A DNA stretch of 54,500 bases, from the IMG/VR virus record IMGVR_UViG_3300031450_000216, positions 1-54,500 of that record; one strand, given 5' to 3'. Under the pieces are notes generated by a model. It was given only the letters and a program-made list of their open reading frames with translations, did no database searches and was not told the origin of the DNA. Shown in pieces: positions 35,820 through 44,636 of this stretch. Position numbers and translations under genes: made by a program. Each line of letters opens with the position of its first letter. Within the stretch, counting starts at the first letter, position 1. The stretch comes from a virus. Lineage: Duplodnaviria > Caudoviricetes.

Positions 35820-36194
35820 CTAGTCCTCCCCTTGCTTGACCGGGGCCGCGTGCAGGCCGTCCAGCACGGCGGCGATCCCGGCATTCAGTTCGCGCAGCCC
35901 CACGATCGCGGTGGCATACGCCGCCGTCTCAGCGGTGTCGAGCGCGCCGTCGCTGTCGATCGCGGATGCCGCGTCTTTCAGCGCCTCGTGGGCCGCCTTC
36001 CAGAGCGCGGGAAGGTCTTTCAGCGCCGCCTTCGCGTCGCGCGCCTGACGCCGGAAACCGCGCGCCAGCCAGACGCCCACGTCGCCTGCGGGGATCGTCA
36101 GCGCGCGCCCCTCGTCGTCGTACAGCGTGGTCGTGGCGGGCGCATTGACCGCCGCCGCCGCCCCGGTGCCATGATCGATCATCTGCTCTTCCAT
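35820..36194 (-). CDS. Hypothetical protein
   Basis: SD GGAGG; follows portal. Confidence 0.6.
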   Translation of the reverse strand: MEEQMIDHGTGAAAAVNAPATTTLYDDEGRALTIPAGDVGVWLARGFRRQARDAKAALKDLPALWKAAHEALKDAASAIDSDGALDTAETAAYATAIVGLRELNAGIAAVLDGLHAAPVKQGED

Positions 36195-36246
36195 GCGGTA
36201 GCCCTCCCTTTATCCGACACCCCGCCCGTGCGGAGTATTGTCGCTG

Positions 36247-37704
36247 TCATAGTTGCCCGGCGTTGAACGCCTGGGCCGTGGCCGCCGTGGTCGCCTGCCG
36301 ATCGGCCTGCCGTTGCTGCTTTAGTCGCCCGATCTCCTCGGCGCTATAGCCCAACTCGGCCCACGCCTGTTCCTCTGAGACGCCGATGTCCCGCACTTTG
36401 ATCGCGAGCGCATTGACGTGATCGAGTTCGGCGCGGCTCTCGGCGGAGTGCCAGAGCGCTTCGAGTTGCGCGCCATCGGCGATCCCGGCCACGCGCAACG
36501 CGAACGTGATGGCGTCCTCCCACACGTCGCCGAAGTCCACCTGTGTATCCCCCACCCGCGCAACCAGCGGCCCCTCGGCCGTCTTCAGCGATTCGCCGCT
36601 CGGGAATGTGCCGCTCATCATCAGGTAGTGCAGCGGCACCCCCTTGACCTGGGCGACGCAGCGGAAGAAGAATTCGATCGTGCTGGTGTAGACCCCCAGG
36701 TCGGTCCCCGCGAACTCGCCGACTTTGGCATCCGCGTTCGCCACCGTGACCCAACGATCGATCCCCACCGCGATCGCCTTCTCGTCATCCTCGTCGAGCG
36801 ACACGCCGAGCGCGTACTTCTGGCGGAACGCCCCGAACTCGGACGCGATCACCAGGTCGGCGAGCGTCTTGTTGAGCGCGTCTTGCAGCGGGATCACGTC
36901 CCGCAGTTCCGCGCGCCCGCACTGGCCGAGGCCCGCGTCGAACGCGAAGTGGAAGACCGGCACCTGACCATACGGATTCTCCACCAGCGGGTCGGGCGCG
37001 TAGGGGGTCCAGGCGGTCGGGCGATCCGGGACGCCGTTAGGCGCATCCTCGCGCGTGACGTACTTCTCGATGCGGTCGGGATAGTAGAGGGTCAGCCGGT
37101 ACCGCTTGCCGACCGCCCAGAGGCGCGCGGCGCGCATGATCACGTCGGGGCGCTCGGCGTCGTAGGCGACCACCATCTCGTCCGCGCGATAGGGGTAGCA
37201 ACGCACCCGCCCGCCCGTATCCGGGTAGATCGCGTCGGGCCACACCAGCAGGTAGGCGTCGCCGAGCGCGACGGCCTCGCTGTGGATCTGATTCGAGATG
37301 CGGTCGAAACGCCCGTCCTGCCAGAAGTTCCAGGCCGCCACTGCGTCGGCGCTCGCCGCGCCGTCCGTGCCCGCGTGCCCGGTGAAGCCCACGACGGCGA
37401 GGCGGTCAGTCAGCGCATGGACCACGCGCGGGCAGACGTTGCAACGCAACCCGGCGAGGAGCGCGGTGAATGCCTCGCGATAGCCGCGCGTGGCGAACGT
37501 CAGGCGGTGGTGCCCCTCCAGGTAGGCGCGATACAGCGCGTACTCCTCGCGCCGCGCGGCGAACGCGGACACCGCCCAGGCGATGTCGCGTGCCGTGTCG
37601 GGCGCGAGGCCGCCGGTGGACAGCACGGCGGGCGCGTAGGGCGTGCCCACAACCAGCGCGGCGTCCTGCGCGGCGCGGGGTAGCATCGACGATGGTGCGC
37701 TCAA
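36247..37704 (-). CDS. Portal protein (SPP1 gp6-like)
   Basis: YLEGHH..NVCPRVV..DRL..NPYGQVPVFHF..IPLQDALNK..SGESLK. Confidence 0.93.
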   Translation of the reverse strand: MSAPSSMLPRAAQDAALVVGTPYAPAVLSTGGLAPDTARDIAWAVSAFAARREEYALYRAYLEGHHRLTFATRGYREAFTALLAGLRCNVCPRVVHALTDRLAVVGFTGHAGTDGAASADAVAAWNFWQDGRFDRISNQIHSEAVALGDAYLLVWPDAIYPDTGGRVRCYPYRADEMVVAYDAERPDVIMRAARLWAVGKRYRLTLYYPDRIEKYVTREDAPNGVPDRPTAWTPYAPDPLVENPYGQVPVFHFAFDAGLGQCGRAELRDVIPLQDALNKTLADLVIASEFGAFRQKYALGVSLDEDDEKAIAVGIDRWVTVANADAKVGEFAGTDLGVYTSTIEFFFRCVAQVKGVPLHYLMMSGTFPSGESLKTAEGPLVARVGDTQVDFGDVWEDAITFALRVAGIADGAQLEALWHSAESRAELDHVNALAIKVRDIGVSEEQAWAELGYSAEEIGRLKQQRQADRQATTAATAQAFNAGQL

Positions 37705-39252
37705 CTAGAAGCCTCCTTTCGGGAGCATGCGACGGCCTCCGGGGCGCAAGACGCGCGAGGGTTCGGGGATGGGCGGCGGAACGAACGCCATCACCAGTGC
37801 GTCGCCCTTGTCCGGCGAACGCCCCAGCCGCGCCTTGATGTCGTCCTTGCTCTCGATCTGGATACCGCGCGATCGGATCATCCACTTGGGGGAGCACAAG
37901 TCGGCGAGCAATTCGGGATCGTCGGGTAACGCCAGCTCGTCGCCATTCATCGGGTCGAGCGCCTCACGCAGCGACCAGTAGGCGTAAGCGCGTAGATTGA
38001 TGAACGACAGCTTCCCGGTACGGTCCATCGCGGGAGCGGCGCTGGCGAAGTTGATCGCGCGCACACTCGCCCCTTGCTGGCGGCACATGTCGTACACCGA
38101 CGCGCCGATGCCGATCACGTCGATATTGGCGATCCCGCCTTCCAGCAACGCCGCGATCGTCAGTTGCGCCACCGCCTGACCATCCGGTGTCGCTTTCCCC
38201 GGATGCGTCTCGATCGGCGCGCACCAGTTGTTGTAGCGTCGGGCAAGGCACGTCTTGTCATCCCCACCGCGCGCCGGATCGACGCCTACCGCCGTCAGTG
38301 GCACAGGGATCGTGTTGCCCTGTGCGTCGCGGGTCTGCGGGCGTGACCGCTCGCGCCACCGTTGCTGCGCGGCCAGCACCCAGGCGGTCGGGATCGTCTG
38401 GTAGGGATCGTCCTCCAACCCCACCGAGAAGTCGCCGCGCAGCAATTGGGAGCGCAGCGGTTCGGGGAGCCCTTGGAGCGTCGTGGCATACCCGGTCGCC
38501 ATCAGCAGCGGGTTATCGCTGAGTTGCGCCGGGATAAAGGTGCGCGAGGTGGGTGTGATCGTCTCGCCCTGCCAGAAGAATGGCGTGCCGTCCTCGCGCT
38601 CCTCCTCATTGCCATCGATCATCGCGAACCAACGCAGTTCGCCGGTTCGCGCAGGATTGGGATGTTGCCGGTCGAGCCACGGTGCCCAATGGCGGATCAC
38701 CCACTCGCCTTCATGGCTCGTGGGCGGATTGCCCGCCGCGACCGTGCGGGTACGCTGCCCGGCCCGCACGGTGCGCTTCCAGCCGTTCAGGAAGCGGTAC
38801 TGATATTCGGTGAACTCGGGTAGTTCATCGAAACACTTGAGATCATGGGCGCGGCCTTTATATTTGCGAACGTCGGTGATGAGTTGCACCGCGCCGAACT
38901 CGATCGTCCGCCCGTCGGCGAGGCGCAGGATGTGCGCGTTGCCGTTGTAGCGTCCTTGATCGTCCGCGACGTCGCGCGCCCTGGTGATGATGTCCTGTAG
39001 CTGCGTGAACTCGCGCCGGAAGATGATCGCCTTATGATGCCGGGTCATGCTCAGGCCGATCAGCAGATCGGACTTCCCACCACCGGCAGCGCCGCCGTAG
39101 TAGAGTTCGTCGGCGAGACAGTCGAGCGCGATGGTTTGCGGACCCGCTTGCGGCGACCACTCAACCACAGGCGCAGCGGGCACGATCAGCAGTTCGGGCG
39201 TGGTCGCGTACTCCGCCTCCAGCTCCGCCTCGATCACCGCCAGCGCCGACAT
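37705..39252 (-). CDS. terL: Terminase large subunit
   Basis: YGGAAGGGKS Walker A, FDELPEF Walker B, NPP, GVDPARGGDD, SPDKGDA. Confidence 0.96.
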   Translation of the reverse strand: MSALAVIEAELEAEYATTPELLIVPAAPVVEWSPQAGPQTIALDCLADELYYGGAAGGGKSDLLIGLSMTRHHKAIIFRREFTQLQDIITRARDVADDQGRYNGNAHILRLADGRTIEFGAVQLITDVRKYKGRAHDLKCFDELPEFTEYQYRFLNGWKRTVRAGQRTRTVAAGNPPTSHEGEWVIRHWAPWLDRQHPNPARTGELRWFAMIDGNEEEREDGTPFFWQGETITPTSRTFIPAQLSDNPLLMATGYATTLQGLPEPLRSQLLRGDFSVGLEDDPYQTIPTAWVLAAQQRWRERSRPQTRDAQGNTIPVPLTAVGVDPARGGDDKTCLARRYNNWCAPIETHPGKATPDGQAVAQLTIAALLEGGIANIDVIGIGASVYDMCRQQGASVRAINFASAAPAMDRTGKLSFINLRAYAYWSLREALDPMNGDELALPDDPELLADLCSPKWMIRSRGIQIESKDDIKARLGRSPDKGDALVMAFVPPPIPEPSRVLRPGGRRMLPKGGF

Positions 39253-39816
39253 TTAGCCCGCCCTCTCGCGCAACCGCTCGCGGATGTCAATCACCGCACG
39301 GTCCTTCGGGATGCCCGTGCGCTTCGCCAGCCGTTCGGCGGCCTCCTCAATCTCGCGGTCCTTCACAGTGATGTCCGTGATCGTCTTCCGCTCACCGAGT
39401 TCCTTGGCGATGTCGTCCAGCAGCCCGCGTAACTGCGCCATCGCGGGCTGATCGAACACCTCGTAACTGATGTGCTCGCCATTCGCCGCAATCTTCACTT
39501 CCTCGCGCACATAACCATTCTTGCGGAGACGGGTCGCCACATCGGTCGCCATCGCGTCGAGCAAAATCACCCGCGCACGCTTGTCGGCGAACCCGGCGGT
39601 GAGCGCCGCCTCCTTGAATCCCTCGATGTGCTCGGCCACACGCGCCTTGAAATCGTCGCGCAATTTCCACAGGTCGAGCGTCTGCCGCTTCACGCCACAA
39701 TCCGTGGCGATCTGCTGGTTGGTGAGGCCATCTTCGGCGACAAGCCGCGCGGCCTTCTCCTGACGCCCGGTCAGGGTGCTGGCTGCCAAATTCTGCCTAG
39801 TCACCTCATCGCCCAT
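39253..39816 (-). CDS. terS: Terminase small subunit (N-terminal HTH)
   Basis: LTGRQEKAARLVAEDGLTNQQIA..RQTLDLWK; adjacent to terL. Confidence 0.8.
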   Translation of the reverse strand: MGDEVTRQNLAASTLTGRQEKAARLVAEDGLTNQQIATDCGVKRQTLDLWKLRDDFKARVAEHIEGFKEAALTAGFADKRARVILLDAMATDVATRLRKNGYVREEVKIAANGEHISYEVFDQPAMAQLRGLLDDIAKELGERKTITDITVKDREIEEAAERLAKRTGIPKDRAVIDIRERLRERAG

Positions 39817-39820
39817 GCCC

Positions 39821-40060
39821 CTACACCCGCTCCGTGATCACGCCCCGCCAGTCGGGGGCCTCGCGCTGCACCTCGACCATCAGGTCATACGTCGCCAGAT
39901 CGAAGTAGAACGCCGTGACCGTGCTCATGCGCGAGCGGCACCAACATGCGAGATGCACGAGCAGGCGGTCGCGGGTGGAGATGCGGCGAGGTTGCGGTGC
40001 CGTGTGGTCGCCGCACCCGGCGCGCTCGGCCATGTCGCGGACGGTGTAGGGGCGCTGCAT
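39821..40060 (-). CDS. Hypothetical protein
   Basis: First ORF after putative late promoter. Confidence 0.45.
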   Translation of the reverse strand: MQRPYTVRDMAERAGCGDHTAPQPRRISTRDRLLVHLACWCRSRMSTVTAFYFDLATYDLMVEVQREAPDWRGVITERV

Positions 40061-40076
40061 GATTCCCCCAAACGCC

Positions 40077-40161
40077 GGGGTGGCCGTCACCGCCCCCGTC
40101 GCCGAGGGAGATGACGGCCACCGCCGCCGCAAGTAACTCGATTATGTCTCACAGCATACCA
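40077..40161 (-). promoter_or_regulatory. Putative late promoter (TGGTATGCT) and leader hairpin
   Basis: Extended -10 at 40161-40153; GGTGGCCGTCA..TGACGGCCACC stem. Confidence 0.5.
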
Positions 40162-40185
40162 CGAGCACAGGCTAGTCGTATAGCC

Positions 40186-40398
40186 CTACCCCACGTCCTG
40201 TTGCGGCACGCGCCACCACGAGCGCTCGGTGTAGCAACGATTACAGGTGTAGCGCGTCTCGTCGCCCTCCTCCACGATGCGCTCTAACGCGCGCGGGAAG
40301 ACGGTGAGTTGGGCGTAGCCCTGGTCGCGGAGGAGGAGCAGACCCAAAACCTCGCCACAATGCTCGCAACGCCAATCGCGACGTCTGTCGCCCATCAT
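40186..40398 (-). CDS. Zinc-ribbon protein
   Basis: WRCEHCGEVLG..YTCNRC. Confidence 0.65.
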   Translation of the reverse strand: MMGDRRRDWRCEHCGEVLGLLLLRDQGYAQLTVFPRALERIVEEGDETRYTCNRCYTERSWWRVPQQDVG

Positions 40399-40781
40399 GT
40401 CCCCTCAGCGTCCGGCGTGGGCCGTGCGAGGGCCAGCAGCGCATCACGAGCGTCATTTTTCAGGCTTGCAAGTTCCCCGATACGACGCATGAACTCGTCA
40501 ATCTGTCCGGGTTGTATCGCTCCATCACGCCGATACGCATCTAAAGCGTCAGCGGCCGCGCCATACCGCGCCACGGCGTCCAGGAGCGGGCGGGCGGTGA
40601 CGAGTTCCTCGTGCTCTGCGTGAAACGCCGCCAAATCCCGGTCGTGCGCGTCGTCTTGCTCCCGCTGCCAGAGCGCGTATTGTTCGCGGCGCAGATCGTC
40701 TACCCACACGGCGTTCCCCAACTCGACCGCCGCCTGCATCTCGCCACGGATTTGCCCGAGCCGCTCCTGTACCGTCGTCAT
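40395..40781 (-). CDS. Hypothetical coiled-coil protein
   Basis: ATGA coupling. Confidence 0.6.
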   Translation of the reverse strand: MTTVQERLGQIRGEMQAAVELGNAVWVDDLRREQYALWQREQDDAHDRDLAAFHAEHEELVTARPLLDAVARYGAAADALDAYRRDGAIQPGQIDEFMRRIGELASLKNDARDALLALARPTPDAEGT

Positions 40782-40796
40782 CGCCTCACATCTTCC

Positions 40797-41171
40797 CTAT
40801 TCCTGGCGCGGAAACGGCCTATCCGACGACAAGACTTCAATGACTTCCGACAGATCTTTCGGGCGCCAGACGAAGAACTCGATCCCCGCGCAACACCACA
40901 GATTGTTCGCCACGTCCTGCTGCTCAGCGGTCAGCTTCCCTGCGTCCGTCTTCAGCTCGGCGAGGAGGTAGCGCCCGACATGCCGACTGGGATACTGCGT
41001 GACCTTCAGCATCCGCAGGTCAGGCTCGCCAGGCGGGCTATGGCGGCTGTTCCATGTCCAATGAACCATCCAGCCGTGCAGGCGCGCGATCTGAATAACC
41101 TGCGCCTGCCATTGCCGCTCAGTGATCTTCGGCTGGCCGGACGTCCTGCGCCGCCTGGGCATGCCGGTCAT
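40797..41171 (-). CDS. VRR-NUC-family nuclease (possible resolvase)
   Basis: TERQWQAQVI..GEPDL..AELKTDAGKLTAEQ. Confidence 0.85.
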   Translation of the reverse strand: MTGMPRRRRTSGQPKITERQWQAQVIQIARLHGWMVHWTWNSRHSPPGEPDLRMLKVTQYPSRHVGRYLLAELKTDAGKLTAEQQDVANNLWCCAGIEFFVWRPKDLSEVIEVLSSDRPFPRQE

Positions 41172-41392
41172 GTGCCCCCCCGTGGTGTGTCCTGGGTCAA
41201 TCGCCGTGCCCGCCGCGCCTGCCGCCGCAACGCCACCGGGCGGCGCGCGCGCCGGTTGACGCCGAGCGCGCGCCGCCCGGCCAACGCCTCGCGCCGGAAG
41301 TCGCGGGCCAACGCGGCGATCTCGATCTGCGTCGCCTGGTGCGCGGCGGCGGTGCGGACCCGCAGCCGGTAATCCTGGATGTGCCTGCTCAC
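41168..41392 (-). CDS. Hypothetical protein
   Basis: Coupled overlaps on both sides. Confidence 0.5.
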   Translation of the reverse strand: MSRHIQDYRLRVRTAAAHQATQIEIAALARDFRREALAGRRALGVNRRARRPVALRRQARRARRLTQDTPRGGT

Positions 41393-41748
41393 GCCCCACC
41401 CCGCCCCTTCCCGAGCGCCAACGCGCCCTGCGCTGACTCCGACTTACTGAGCGCTTGCAATACCTCCCGCAGGAGGATCATGGCGTCTTCCAGCCCATAG
41501 CTCGTGGGGTCGGTCGCCCACGCGTGGTGGACACGCAGGGCCGCGTCGCGCAGGGCGGTCAGCGGGTCGCCGAGCGGGCCACGGTCGGGCGCGGGGTACG
41601 CCCAGATCAGGTGTTCGGGCGTGAGCAACGGGACGATCTCGCCGTGGCAAGCGCGACAGATGAACACCACCGGCTCGCGTAGCGTCACCCGACACTGACA
41701 CCCACGGCATTGCGCCTCATAGGTCTGCTCCTGCTCGCTTACCATCAT
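41389..41748 (-). CDS. Hypothetical Zn-finger protein
   Basis: CRGC..CRAC; coupled overlaps. Confidence 0.5.
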   Translation of the reverse strand: MMVSEQEQTYEAQCRGCQCRVTLREPVVFICRACHGEIVPLLTPEHLIWAYPAPDRGPLGDPLTALRDAALRVHHAWATDPTSYGLEDAMILLREVLQALSKSESAQGALALGKGRGGA

Positions 41749-42059
41749 CGCTGCCCCGCCTCCCCGGCTACCCCGCCCGGAGCTGGCGACGCGGTAAGGG
41801 CGTCGTACAGCGCCAACGGACAATGTTCCCCATGCGGGCAGTCGGCACAGCACGCCGGGATCGGGCCGATCTCGCGGTCGCAGGGCGTACACCAGACCGT
41901 CTTGGAGCCGTCATAGCCCACAAGTGCGGGGCCGATCAGCTTGAACGCCGCCACCATCGCCGCCTCGCGCGTCTCGGCGGCATCGAGCGCGGCCTCCTGT
42001 TTCAGCACAAGCAGCATGAAGTCGCTTCGATCCATGCCTACCAAGTCTGTGATCCGCAT
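41745..42059 (-). CDS. Hypothetical Cys-rich protein
   Basis: Coupled overlaps. Confidence 0.5.
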   Translation of the reverse strand: MRITDLVGMDRSDFMLLVLKQEAALDAAETREAAMVAAFKLIGPALVGYDGSKTVWCTPCDREIGPIPACCADCPHGEHCPLALYDALTASPAPGGVAGEAGQR

Positions 42060-42394
42060 CAGCGTCCCTCCTCCCCGGCCAGCCCGCCCGGCGCTGGCAG
42101 CGCGGCGCGCAGTCCGTGGCGGTGGATGAGGTACATACGGATGTGGTCATCGGTCCAACCGTCCACGATCGGCACGTTGATCGGGCGGCGCACCTCGCAA
42201 TACAGCGCCTCGACCAGCGCCGCCTCGCGCGCCTCGGCGGCGTCCAACGCGGCGCGCCAGTCGCACAAGTCGCCATAGTCCACATGGACGCGCAATTGCT
42301 CGGCGCGGGGATAGCGCGCCTCGTGGTGACGCAGGTATGCCGCTAGCTCATCCCGCGTCGTCCCGAGCGCCGTGTCCTGTGCCCCCGTGTCCAT
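42059..42394 (-). CDS. Hypothetical protein
   Basis: Coupled; shares segments with 41745-42059. Confidence 0.5.
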   Translation of the reverse strand: MDTGAQDTALGTTRDELAAYLRHHEARYPRAEQLRVHVDYGDLCDWRAALDAAEAREAALVEALYCEVRRPINVPIVDGWTDDHIRMYLIHRHGLRAALPAPGGLAGEEGR

Positions 42395-42643
42395 CTAGCG
42401 CACCTCGATCCGCGCGTGTCCGCAATGCTTCCGCGCATACTCCTCGGTCGGGAAGCTGGTCGCCACGCACAGCAGCTGATCGGACGCGGAATAGACTTCG
42501 ATCTGCCACCAGCGTTCCGGCACGTAGACCCAGTCCGGGCGCTTGTCCGCGTGCGCGATCCGCGCGTAGCACGCCTGGTCGAGCAGGCTTGCGGGCACAT
42601 CGTAGAGCGCGCCATAGGTCGGTCCCTCGGTATCAGCCATCAC
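42395..42643 (-). CDS. Hypothetical protein
   Basis: Tight packing. Confidence 0.5.
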   Translation of the reverse strand: MMADTEGPTYGALYDVPASLLDQACYARIAHADKRPDWVYVPERWWQIEVYSASDQLLCVATSFPTEEYARKHCGHARIEVR

Positions 42644-42818
42644 CGCCCCCCTCTAACTCGTGCTGCCGCCGGACGCGGGCGCGCACGGCGATCACAGGCA
42701 TACCCCTCGCGCGGTCTACCCTGATAATCATTCGTCCCGGTCCCCGCAAGCAGGACGACCCGACAAACCCAGGTCAACGCCCCACAGCGAGCACAGGTGC
42801 CCCAAGAATATGCACGCA

Positions 42819-43022
42819 TCACCACCCCCGCCCCTTCCCGAGCGCCAACGCGCCCTGCACCGCCCACCGTTGCTCCGCCTCCCATGTCCGCAGCAGGTCG
42901 TCCACGGCCTGCTCAAACGCCACATACCACGCGGGTGGCACCGTGCGGCCCTGTGCCTCGCGCTGCCTGATTGCCAGATCACCGGCCTCCACGCGCGCCT
43001 CGGCCTGTTGAATGGTCGTCAT
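42819..43022 (-). CDS. Hypothetical protein
   Basis: SD GGAGGG; shares segments with neighbours. Confidence 0.5.
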   Translation of the reverse strand: MTTIQQAEARVEAGDLAIRQREAQGRTVPPAWYVAFEQAVDDLLRTWEAEQRWAVQGALALGKGRGW

Positions 43023-43036
43023 GGTGCCACCCTCCC

Positions 43037-43294
43037 TCATGCCGCGCCGGTATACTCATGGACGCGATCCAACCACCGCTCATACGTCGATACCGGTTCT
43101 GCGAGATCGGCGATTATTTGATCGAACGCGATCGTAAACACCGCCTCGCCTGCCCCATGTCGCACGCGCCACCGGTGCCGATCGTGATCGTGCCACTCCT
43201 CACACACCGCCCCACAGGCACAACGAAATGCGCTTTCCCAGCGCCAGCCCTCACCGGCCTCCACGCGCGCCTCGGCCTCCCGGATCGTCGCCAT
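43037..43294 (-). CDS. Hypothetical protein
   Basis: Tight packing. Confidence 0.5.
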   Translation of the reverse strand: MATIREAEARVEAGEGWRWESAFRCACGAVCEEWHDHDRHRWRVRHGAGEAVFTIAFDQIIADLAEPVSTYERWLDRVHEYTGAA

Positions 43295-43668
43295 CACCAA
43301 GCCTCGCTATCATCGGCATCATCGGCATCATCGTGAGCCGCTTCGTGCTTTCGACGCCGCTCATCACAGCGCTCGACACAGGCCTTGTCATCGACACAGA
43401 TACCGGCCTCGCCATCGAAGTAAGTCCAAGCGGTCACCTCGCAGTTGGCACAGCGGGACCACGCGACCGTTTCCAGCGCCTTGTGGACATCCGTCTCGGT
43501 GATCCCCAGCAGGAATAGGAACCGGGTCAGGGTCATCGTCTCCGGGGCGATCCCCACAGACGTGTCGTACCAGCCGGAGAGCGTGATGTGGCGATAGTTC
43601 GGGTCATAGCCCACATCGACGCCCCCCCACGCTTCCCCGGTCAACAACTGACGCTTCTTCGTCGCCAT
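43294..43668 (-). CDS. Hypothetical protein with Cys cluster
   Basis: SD GGAGG. Confidence 0.5.
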   Translation of the reverse strand: MATKKRQLLTGEAWGGVDVGYDPNYRHITLSGWYDTSVGIAPETMTLTRFLFLLGITETDVHKALETVAWSRCANCEVTAWTYFDGEAGICVDDKACVERCDERRRKHEAAHDDADDADDSEAW

Positions 43669-43888
43669 CGCAGTCCTCCTCGTGCAGCAGTTCGTCGCGC
43701 GCCTGATCCAGGAAGCCGCGTGACTCTCCCAGGGCGATCAGGGCGTTGCCCAGCGCGTACCGGGCGAAGCGCGACTCGTTCCCCTCCGCCGCGCTATACA
43801 CCGCATCCAACTGCGCCTGGATCGCCGCCAGCTTCGCGCAGTAGCCCACGAGCGTTGATTGATCCAGCCCGTCCGTCACGATCGCCAT
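43604..43888 (-). CDS. Hypothetical protein
   Basis: SD GAGGGGG. Confidence 0.45.
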   Translation of the reverse strand: MAIVTDGLDQSTLVGYCAKLAAIQAQLDAVYSAAEGNESRFARYALGNALIALGESRGFLDQARDELLHEEDCDGDEEASVVDRGSVGGRRCGL

Positions 43889-44147
43889 GCTACGCCCCCT
43901 CATCCTGCCCCGCCCGGCACCGCGCGCACCGCGCTATCACGCCACCGCAGCTACCAGTCCATATGAATCACGCGACCCGGCGACCATGCTAGCTGCGCCT
44001 CGAACTCCCGACGCCGCCGATCGGCGCGAGCATGGGCGCGGACCCATACGCGGAACACTCGCCGCCAGCGCCGCTGATCAGCGGTCCGCCCCATGAGCAG
44101 GTACAACCGCATCGACAGTTGGTCGGCCTCGGCGCAACGCGTGAGCA

Positions 44148-44636
44148 TCAGTCCCCCTCCTCCTGCCCCAACGCCGACCGGCAGCGCGCGCACAACTGCG
44201 GCGCACCCTTACTCATGTATTGCTCTCGGTAACAGTGGGCGCACTCGTGGCGACCGGCGACCGAGACGATCGCCACATCGGGTCGCGCCGCATTCCCCGG
44301 ACGTTCCGGCGTCTTGCCCCGCTTGTGCAGGGCGATCAGGTCATCCAGGACCGGCATGATCGCCGGGAAGTAGGGTGACAATGGCCCCCACGCGCGCACC
44401 GCCCGGAAACGTTCGTAGGGCGTGTGGGCGCGGGCGAAGTCGCGCAGGCTGATCGCCCCGGCCAGGTAGCGGTCAAGTTCTGCCGCGACGGATTCGGCCA
44501 GCGCCATCAGTTCGGGGTCGCGCTGGCTCTTCTCGGCGATGGCGACGAACACATCCTTGGGCGATTTCCAGAGTGCGGCGATCGGCGCGTTGTCGATCGG
44601 CGGGATCGGCGGAATCGGGTTAGCGGTCATAGCCAT
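44148..44636 (-). CDS. Hypothetical protein with C-terminal Zn finger
   Basis: CAHC..CARC. Confidence 0.55.
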   Translation of the reverse strand: MAMTANPIPPIPPIDNAPIAALWKSPKDVFVAIAEKSQRDPELMALAESVAAELDRYLAGAISLRDFARAHTPYERFRAVRAWGPLSPYFPAIMPVLDDLIALHKRGKTPERPGNAARPDVAIVSVAGRHECAHCYREQYMSKGAPQLCARCRSALGQEEGD

